64,000 nt of DNA, from NCBI GenBank assembly GCA_002269645.1, contig NIVC01000291.1, forward strand, positions 310,001-374,000. The letters are read 5' to 3'. This stretch comes from Macrostomum lignano (taxonomy: Eukaryota). Shown in pieces: positions 56,682-64,000 of this stretch. Under the pieces are notes generated by a model. That model saw only the letters and a list, made by a program, of their open reading frames with translations. It was not told the origin of the DNA and searched no databases. A program made the position numbers and the translations under genes. The first letter of the stretch is position 1. Every line of letters begins with the position of its first letter.

Positions 56682-57949
56682 ATGCGATTCAAGCAGCCAG
56701 TCATCATCATCACCGTTCTGTCCCTCGGCTGCGTGGCGGCCGTCACCTGGCTGCTGAGCAACATCCAGGGCCAGGCCTCGGTGCAAGTCATTCTAAAGCG
56801 CTTCCTGGTTCGGATGAACTCGTCCATGCTTCCTAGAGAAGTCGAGCGGCTGAAGACATTCACAAAATATTTGAAGTCGACGGAAGTGAGAAGGCTGGAC
56901 GGCGCCTTGCAGAATCAGAAGAAACAGCAGAGCGTCGACCAGCTGAGCGCTCTGCTGGCGGATCAGGCCAACCCGATCCCCGCGCACGCCAAGGCCTGTC
57001 CCGGCTACTGGGAGCTCCGGGACATCAACTTCCAGCACCCCGCACTCGCCCAGCGACTTTGCAAGAATCGGGCCGCCTACAAAATGGTTGACAACAATTG
57101 TTCCCACCGTGCGAGATCAGAGACGACCTGCCAAAGAAGCTTTTGCAGAAGCTGAACAAGACAGCGATGAGAACCTACATCAAAAGTGTCGTGACGAACA
57201 GGCCGGTAACCATTTACACCTACCCTGCTGGAGACATTGTGTCAGGCAGCATTATCACATCGCACGGCTGGGAAGGAGGCCAAGTGTCCCTGACTTTGTC
57301 GATCGCGAAAAAGTTCCCTCTGGGCTCCGTCACATTCATGGACATCGGCTGCAACATCGGTGTCTACTGCCTGCAGGCCAGGGACGCCGGCATCCCCACG
57401 GTGGCCGTGGACGCGAACCTCAGGAACCTGGTCAGAATTCGAATGTCCGCCAGTGACATGGGCTGGATGGCCGACTCGAAGCTGAAGCTGCTGTGGATGT
57501 TCTTCCACGCATCCGTGTCGCTGCAGTACCTCAACTTCGGCACCGGCTGGTGCAACGTAGGCGGAGCAACGTCAAACAGGGACAGCATGACGGACACGAT
57601 TCCAGTGATGACCGGCCAGGCCGATGACCTCTTGAGCAGCGTCCACACGGAGCTGGTGGTGATGAAGATTGACATCGAGACCAGCGAGAACATCTTCTTC
57701 TCCACTGGCGTGCGGCTGTTCAAAGAGAAGAAGATCGTCGCCGTGCAGATGGAGTTCTGGCGGCCCAACCCCGCGCAGCTCGCGTCGCTCTCGCCGAACT
57801 TCCGCAAGATTGTCGAGTTCTTCACCAAGCTGAACTACTCATTGTTCTCAATGAGCAACATCAGCCAGGTACTGAATCTGACCACCTTCCGCGACTGGGA
57901 CGGCATCTGGATCAGGAATGACTATCTGAGTACCGTTCGCGGTAAATGA
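56682..57949 (+). CDS. Type II membrane FkbM-like (Methyltransf_21-type) SAM-dependent methyltransferase, intronless, one -1 frameshift near 57098
   Basis: N-terminal TM (VIIITVLSLGCVAAVTWLL). The downstream frame has FMDIGCNIGVY (motif I), VAVDA and VMKIDIE. Frames 56682-57155 and 57098-57949 overlap; adding one T to aattg gives ..VDNN-LFPPCE... Confidence 0.78.
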
Positions 57950-58279
57950 TGAAATGAGCAGGCAGAACTCAATGCAAAAACTGAATCGACTGTCCCGAGA
58001 CCGCGCGAACATTCACAATTGGTATCTGGTGATTTTTTACAAGTTCATGCCTTTGTGTATATACTTGTCTCATTCAAACATTTTATGCTTTCATTTTCAT
58101 GCCCTGTACCGTAGTTCCATGGCATTGGTGAAATTGATGCTTTGCTATCAAACTCCACCAAAACAGCCAAACTCAAGCTAAGGCCGCTTTAGCAGGTGTC
58201 AACCCACCTCGCCTCTCATTGGCTGGCGCGCGCGCGCCACAGGCGCGTGGCGCCAAGCGCCATTCAGGCGCCCATGCCA

Positions 58280-58910
58280 CAGGCGCACCCTCCCGATATG
58301 TACACCCTCCCGATATGTACACCCTCCCGATATGTACACCCTCCCGATATGTACACCCTCCCGATATGTACACCCTCCCGATATGTACACCCTCCCGATA
58401 TGTACACCCTCCCGATATGTACACCCTCCCGATATGTACACCCTCCCGATATGTACACCCTCCCGATATGTACACCCTCCCGATATGTACACCCTCCCGA
58501 TATGTACACCCTCCCGATATGTATGCAGCAGGCGCACCCTCCCGACATGTATACCGCAGGCAACCCTCCCGACATGTACCTCGACATGTAAGTCGTAGGC
58601 GCCCCCCCCTCTCCCGAGCCAAAGGTACACTCTCCCGATATGAGTGTACACTCTCCCGATATGTGTACACTCTCCCGATATGGGTGTACACTCTCCCGAT
58701 ATGAGTGTACACTCTCCCGATATGTGTGTACACTCTCCCGATATGTGTGTACACTCTCCCGATATGGGTGTACACTCTCCCGATATGTGTGTACACTCTC
58801 CCGATATGAGTGTACACTCTCCCGATATGTGTGTACACTCTCCCGATATGTGTGTACACTCTCTCGATATGGGTGTACACTCTCCCGATATGTGTGTACA
58901 CCAATATGTA
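58280..58910. repeat. Composite array: 17-bp (accctcccgatatgtac)n, spacer, 19-21-bp (actctcccgatatgtgtgtac)n
   Basis: About 13 copies of the 17-mer and about 13 of the 21-mer. A homologous block in the same orientation lies at 61915-62190. Confidence 0.93.
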
Positions 58911-58932
58911 GACTGGGGCGGACCACACTAAG

Positions 58933-59522
58933 ATGGAGGTGAAGCTAACCGGAATCGAGCTGTATTTGGAAGTCATTGAGCCAAAGACTGCACTAAAAGC
59001 GGATTATCTCAAGGCAATAGAGAAGGACATTGATGTTGCATACACGGCCTACATGTGTCGAGATGAGCGAAACGAAACTAGAACAAACATCTGCATTAAA
59101 GAGGGATCATGAAGCAATCCAAGGTATATCATTATTAACATGAGAAACCCAAATAGCATTATACACTACATGCATGGAGACGTGCGGTCCATTCAGCATG
59201 AAATAAGTGATAATCTTACCCTGCACTGCCACAAAATGGAGATTTCAGTCAGAACAAGATTAGCAAATTTTATAGCGAGTTAGTCGACTTGGCTGTGAAA
59301 GAGAACAATGGAATTGCTATCACTGCTCTTCAATATGGAACTCTATATCCGATGTTTGGCGCTGATGTGTCTGCCAGACAAATGCCTACTGATAACAGCC
59401 CTGTGAATATCGTGACTAACATCGAGAGGACTGTCGCAACACCCGTGGACTTGTACATTATCTATGCATTTGAGAGGAAGGTGAAGCTTAACATGATCAA
59501 CAATTCATCCAGTAAAGTTTAA
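58933..59522 (+). pseudogene. C-terminal fragment of Polinton/adintovirus-like major capsid (hexon, double jelly roll), disrupted
   Basis: VKLTGIELYLEVIEP..KADYLKAIEKDIDVAYTAYMC, then an in-frame TGA at 59110-59112, then SNPRYIII, a frameshift near 59210, and YP..DFSQNKISKFYSEL..YGTLYPMFGADVS..SPVNI..LYIIYAFERKVKL. These match my recollection of adintovirus/Polinton MCP C-terminal motifs (not searched). Confidence 0.65.
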
Positions 59523-59544
59523 ATATTTTTTATGGGTGAAAAAA

Positions 59545-60402
59545 ATGGAAGCTATAGCCGAAAGACTAAACAACATTGTTTCACACTCCAAGGAGAGCAT
59601 TCCTATTACAATAACTGGGCGAATTAATGACTCAAACGGGATATTTGTTGACAAATTAGAGCAGGCGCTTCGCCTGGATCCAGGTGCTAATTACCATGTC
59701 TATCTTAACGACTTCACTGGTTGGTCAAACGTTCCCAATGTGATGGCAGCAAATAATAAGTTTTATTACAAATGGAAAGGTGCAGCAGCAGAACCTGTGG
59801 TATTCCCTGTGAGCACGCAAAGTGTGGATACCTACAATTATTTTCTAGAAAACGTCTTTACTAAAAGAGGCCATTTCGAGACACCTAATCCGATTAAGCC
59901 AGAACTGTTCCCTGTCAAACTAGCCTATGATCTCACTGAAATGAGAGTGGTCATGCAAGTTCACAAAGATGCGGAGGTTGAGTTTAAAGATGACACTTGG
60001 TATAGGGAATTAGGATTCGAGAAGAAAGTTTATAAGGCAGAATCCGCGGCGCGGACCACCACTGAAGCGTCGGGGGCCGTTAGCATGGCCCGGGAAAGTG
60101 TAAGCGGTTTGTTCTTAGCACCCAATATTGCAGACATTGTAAAGGGTTTGAATATTCTAATCAGAAGTAATCTCAGTCTTGATTGGGTATTTAAGGGAAA
60201 GCGAACGAATATTTTGTACAAAATCTCCAACTCTGTTGCTGGAGGACAGATGGTGGTAGAGAAACCAAATCCAGTGAAAAGAGTTGTATTGAGTAATAAG
60301 GAGATTCACGAGATTGTGCTACAGTTTGAGACTGAAGATGGGGTAGGTGTTGATTTCAACGGTGAAGAGTTTGTATTGACGTTGATCATTGAGAGAATGT
60401 AA
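59545..60402 (+). CDS. Polinton/adintovirus-like minor capsid protein (penton), uninterrupted 285-288 aa
   Basis: Intronless, AT-rich ORF with the typical penton motif order: LEQALRL..YHVYL..NVMAANNKFYY..ELGF..DIVKGLNILIRSNL..GKRTNILY..GQMVVEKP..IHEIVLQFETEDG..VDFNGEEFVLTLII. It lies directly downstream of the hexon-like fragment. Start is ATG 59545 or GTG 59536. Confidence 0.75.
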   Translation: MEAIAERLNNIVSHSKESIPITITGRINDSNGIFVDKLEQALRLDPGANYHVYLNDFTGWSNVPNVMAANNKFYYKWKGAAAEPVVFPVSTQSVDTYNYFLENVFTKRGHFETPNPIKPELFPVKLAYDLTEMRVVMQVHKDAEVEFKDDTWYRELGFEKKVYKAESAARTTTEASGAVSMARESVSGLFLAPNIADIVKGLNILIRSNLSLDWVFKGKRTNILYKISNSVAGGQMVVEKPNPVKRVVLSNKEIHEIVLQFETEDGVGVDFNGEEFVLTLIIERM

Positions 60403-60406
60403 GAAA

Positions 60407-60646
60407 TCACAATTGCTTAATGATTTCTGCAAAGTTATAGTAGCTGTCGTAATCTTTTACGTAGGTTACTCCATACTTAAGAAACCAGTGTCTTTGGAGA
60501 GCTAGATTAATATTAGGGACATTGATATCAACGCCGGGCCAATATTTTCTCATGTACTCGCTGCATTCTAGTTTGCATCGGTACTTACTCTTGTAATTAG
60601 GCTCGTGCGCTTTGTAATAAGAACCTGGAGAGACAACTGGAAACAT
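60407..60646 (-). CDS. Small orphan ORF (79 aa, Tyr/Lys-rich) convergent with the penton-like gene
   Basis: ATG is preceded by an A-rich context and the stop lies 4 bp from the penton stop. The tight packing resembles a viral genome. Confidence 0.45.
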   Translation of the reverse strand: MFPVVSPGSYYKAHEPNYKSKYRCKLECSEYMRKYWPGVDINVPNINLALQRHWFLKYGVTYVKDYDSYYNFAEIIKQL

Positions 60647-61914
60647 TTTTATTGAGAATTTAATTTTTTCAAAGGGTAAGGACCCTGTGCTGATGATTTA
60701 AAGTCTTAGGGATCTGGTTTCGCGTTGCGAATTGAATGTGGGGAGAAGAATGCAGATTCTTTTCTGATTGTTTCGAAGATGTTATGGGTGGATGTCAGTG
60801 GATTATGTAGGACACCTGTTATGCTCTGATTCTGTCGGGGATAATATGGATGGATTTAATGGGATTATGGAGGACGTTAAAAATTTTGTCCCAGAAGCCC
60901 CCTCATGCATTCTACTGCTGTGTGTACGCATCCTCATCATCCCATAAGCCCACGCTCCCTGATCCAGACTCACTCTTCCAAACCCTCCTGTATTGCCGTG
61001 TGTAAGGAAAATATAGTGTAAAAATACAGATGTTAACCGTTAGACCGCTGAAATCAGGGCACACTAGAGAGGGGTTTCGGGGGGTCTGCATGCTCTATGT
61101 AAGCTGCTTGAGGAGGTTCCAGGGGTGTTGGGAGGGTTTCCATTATGTTTTGAAAAAAACTAGGGGCTTAAATACAACGTTTTATTCAAAAAGTAGGTTA
61201 TTTTAATGAAATAGCTAACACAATCATTGTCGAGAGTAGAAATTTTATAAGAAACCAGGTGAATAAAAGTCAGACATTTTCAATTATAAACGGCAAGTAT
61301 TTTAATAGAAAAGTAAGCAAACAAGGCACAAAACCAGCAAATTTTACCTTTTTTATTTTAATGTTACTGATAAGGTAGAGAGTAGAAACTTGTGAGCTGT
61401 ACGGAGTTAGAAAGTATTAACCAATATGTATCGTATGAATTATTAGTTCAGTACCAGCCATTGGTCATGCGAGCATTTATTAAGTTATTACGAGTGATGA
61501 AGGGATAGAGAGCTATATACAGGAAGACAGTATCCTTCTAAACCACCACGAACAGATTGCTAATAGAGATAAGCTTTGTTTGTGTGCAGTATGAGTAAGC
61601 GAAGGCGGGGCAAATACTTTTCCACATGCCAGACAGACAGTATTGTGCTAGGATTTCTCTCGAAATCTCGATAGGTTATTAGTTTTTATCACACCATCCA
61701 GATGCGCCAACTAGTCAGCAGTAGTCATTTATATGTTATTAGACCTTACAAACCCAGGTCAGGTAAATATTACAAAGAGTATATTACGTACACACGCCAA
61801 CCCCGAATACCAAGCCATACTAGTCTACTTGCAGTGCTCCCGGAGGGAAGGGATGGTCAGGAGTTACACACCAAGAATGCATTCACAAAAAGAGTACACC
61901 ACTCGAGCCCCGTC

Positions 61915-62190
61915 CAGGCGCCCCGATATGTATGATGCAGGCAACCCTCCCGACATGTATGCCGCAGGCGACCCACCCGACATGTACCCCGACATGTACA
62001 CCCTACCATATGGCGCGCGAGCCACAGGTGCCAAGCGCCGTCCGGGCCCCCCAAAATGGATGCCGCAGGCGCCCTCCCGAGCCGATGGTACACTCTCCTG
62101 ATATAAGTGTACACTCTCCCAATATGAGTGTACACTCTCCCGATATGAGTGTACACTCTCCCGATATGTTTGTACACCCATATGTAGTCA
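61915..62190. repeat. Shorter, diverged direct copy of the 58280-58910 composite array
   Basis: It shares gcaggcaaccctcccgacatgta, ctcccgagcc..ggtacactctcc and (actctcccgatatgagtgtac)n in the same order and orientation, and ends in the same atatgtag. Confidence 0.88.
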
Positions 62191-63367
62191 ACGATACGTA
62201 TTAACACAAAATTAGGCTAGTGAAAACTACTTATAGTAGGTGAAATTGCGTATATTTACATAAAAAAGTAGGCAAAACACATATTAAACATATCAGTAGG
62301 TGTAAATATCGGTGCATAATGCATATTACGAAACATATAGGTGTACGGACATATAGAATTAAGCATATGGGCAGCAAAAAACACACAATGTAGGTGCATT
62401 TTATCGATATATTGGCAGAAAAGTAGGTGAAATAGACAAAATAGTAGGTATAATATACAGCGTCTACTTATTAGTAGTAGGCGCTTGTAGATGCTAGTAT
62501 AATGCAGTGATGTAACCACGCTCTGGTCGCGGGATAGGGCATGGGAACTTTTTCGAAAGTGCCTCCTATCCCGTGCACCCTCTGCACAGAGCTGTCGAGA
62601 CTCGGCCAGGTCTCCGACCGGGCCTGGAGACTCCCGCTCTGCTGCGCCCCTCCTGCTGCCTTGGTCCCGTCTCTCCTGCCGCCACACCTGCCTTTCCGGA
62701 GCCCCCTACCCCTTTTTGTACCTCCCCCTCTACCCTATCTCTTCCGTTTCCGCCCCATTCTTCCTGTACTTTCTCTATCTCCTCTCTTTTTTTTGTCTCC
62801 CTCTGCACTCTTTTCCTGCGCTGTCCCCTCCTTCTCTGTGTCTACTTACAGTATTTTGTGTGCTCACCGTCTCCCCATCCCCTCCCAAACTCCCAAACGG
62901 TGACGCAAGTCGTGTGACCCCTTCTTCCCCCCGATGACTCATCGATGACTCATCCCTCTCTCTTGCGCAACCTTTTCTCACGCCATTGTTCTCCTCCCCA
63001 AATTTCTCATGCGACACCCACCCCACCTCCGCTTCTATTGTTCTCGTTTTTGCTTCTTTTGTTCTCTCGACCCCCACCAATTATCACATTTTCTCCGATT
63101 TTCTCTTTCTTTTGTTCTCGTTTTCGCACCTAATTATCACCTTTTCTCCAATGTTTACTTTTCCATTGTTCTCAGTTTTCCCCAATTATCCCCGATTTCC
63201 AATTCCTTTGTTCTCGACCCCAGCCCTATTGTTCTCAATGTTTGCTTGCGCAACACTTTCGCGACCACCCGCTGCGCCAATTATCCCCCACCCCACCTCC
63301 GGATTGCGCAATTTCCCGATTTCTCATGTTGCTATGCCGGTCTCATGCTTCTCATCATGACTCATTC

Positions 63368-63449
63368 TGACGTCATTCTGCCGGCAGCCAATCAGAGAGA
63401 GGGAGCCATGGTAACGACCTTGAGGAGGCGGCTGTGAGGTCTATAAAAG
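63368..63449 (+). promoter_or_regulatory. Candidate Pol II core promoter: CRE (TGACGTCA), CCAAT and TATA (TATAAAAG)
   Basis: TGACGTCA at 63368-63375, CCAAT at 63388-63392 and TATAAAAG at 63442-63449. A consensus donor CCG|GTAAGT at 63769/63770 suggests a first exon whose gene continues beyond the window. Confidence 0.5.
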
Positions 63450-64000
63450 GAAGCGATTTCGGCATGAGAATCCTCAACTCTTCCTCTCCTCGTCCTTCTT
63501 TGGACTTGCTGTCAGATTGAGTTCTGACCCATTCGTCTATAAGACGAATCCCTGCCGGTCCGCGGTCTGTTACCGCCAAGTTATCCTTAGCTCCCCAAGT
63601 GAGCTCGCCTATCGGCCAGCGGTCTGATACCGCCCAGCATCATCAGCATCGCCTGATCTACATCAGCGCCTCGTCGCTCCAGCGCATCGCCGCTTCACCG
63701 TCTGCCTGACTGCAGCCTACAGCCGCCCTCGGTCACTCCGCCTCTCTCTCTCTCTCTGTGCAGCTGCCGGTAAGTTCCTGTTACTAATTTGTGCTCTAAT
63801 TGCCTTTGCTTATCCGGGGTTTGCCTATTTTCCTTTGTCTGATTAGAGAGCTGAGCCAATTGTGATACCGTATCTTTTGCTGTATTTTACTCAATAGTGA
63901 AGCCGCCTGATTGCCTGATTATTCGCCTAAGGGCCTAATTATTAACTATTAACTAACTTCATCATTATTCAATCTTTCACCATCATTTCACTCATGGCTT

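Noticed and set aside
56682-57949. Treating the FkbM-like gene as cargo of the adjacent viral block
   Set aside because: It has host-like GC3-rich codons, an upstream acceptor (tttctccAG at about 56587) and lies outside the flanking repeats, whereas the capsid ORFs are AT-rich.

Overview
This is AT/GC-mosaic genomic DNA from an intron-containing animal. GC3-rich exons, a ciliary gene and minisatellite-filled introns suggest an invertebrate such as a free-living flatworm like Macrostomum; this is inference only. Roughly one third of the window is tandem repeat by my manual tally, so most long ORFs in the six-frame track are repeat artefacts. I rebuilt spliced gene models by hand from GT/AG sites and phase. 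They are a divergent nuclear receptor (-), LAMTOR3 (-), a small LEM-domain/TM emerin-like gene (-), AAMP/Sqt1-like WD40 (+), a GPI-type Ly6/three-finger gene (+), a 4-EF-hand calmodulin-like gene (+), proprotein convertase PC7/PCSK7 (+), CCDC65/DRC2 (+), and an intronless type-II-membrane FkbM-like methyltransferase (+) split by one frameshift. There are also several orphan ORFs. Mobile DNA includes a tRNA-derived SINE family (two full copies with 14-bp TSDs and one partial), a second SINE-like element, a hAT-type MITE with an 8-bp TSD, a foldback element and a LINE 3' remnant. The most unusual region is about 58.2-62.2 kb. It holds an AT-rich, intronless block encoding a decayed C-terminal double-jelly-roll major capsid (hexon-like) fragment, followed by an uninterrupted penton-like minor capsid ORF of Polinton/adintovirus type. 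This block is bracketed by directly repeated (not inverted) composite 17/21-bp arrays. All family assignments come from motif recognition and recalled sequences; no database search was run.
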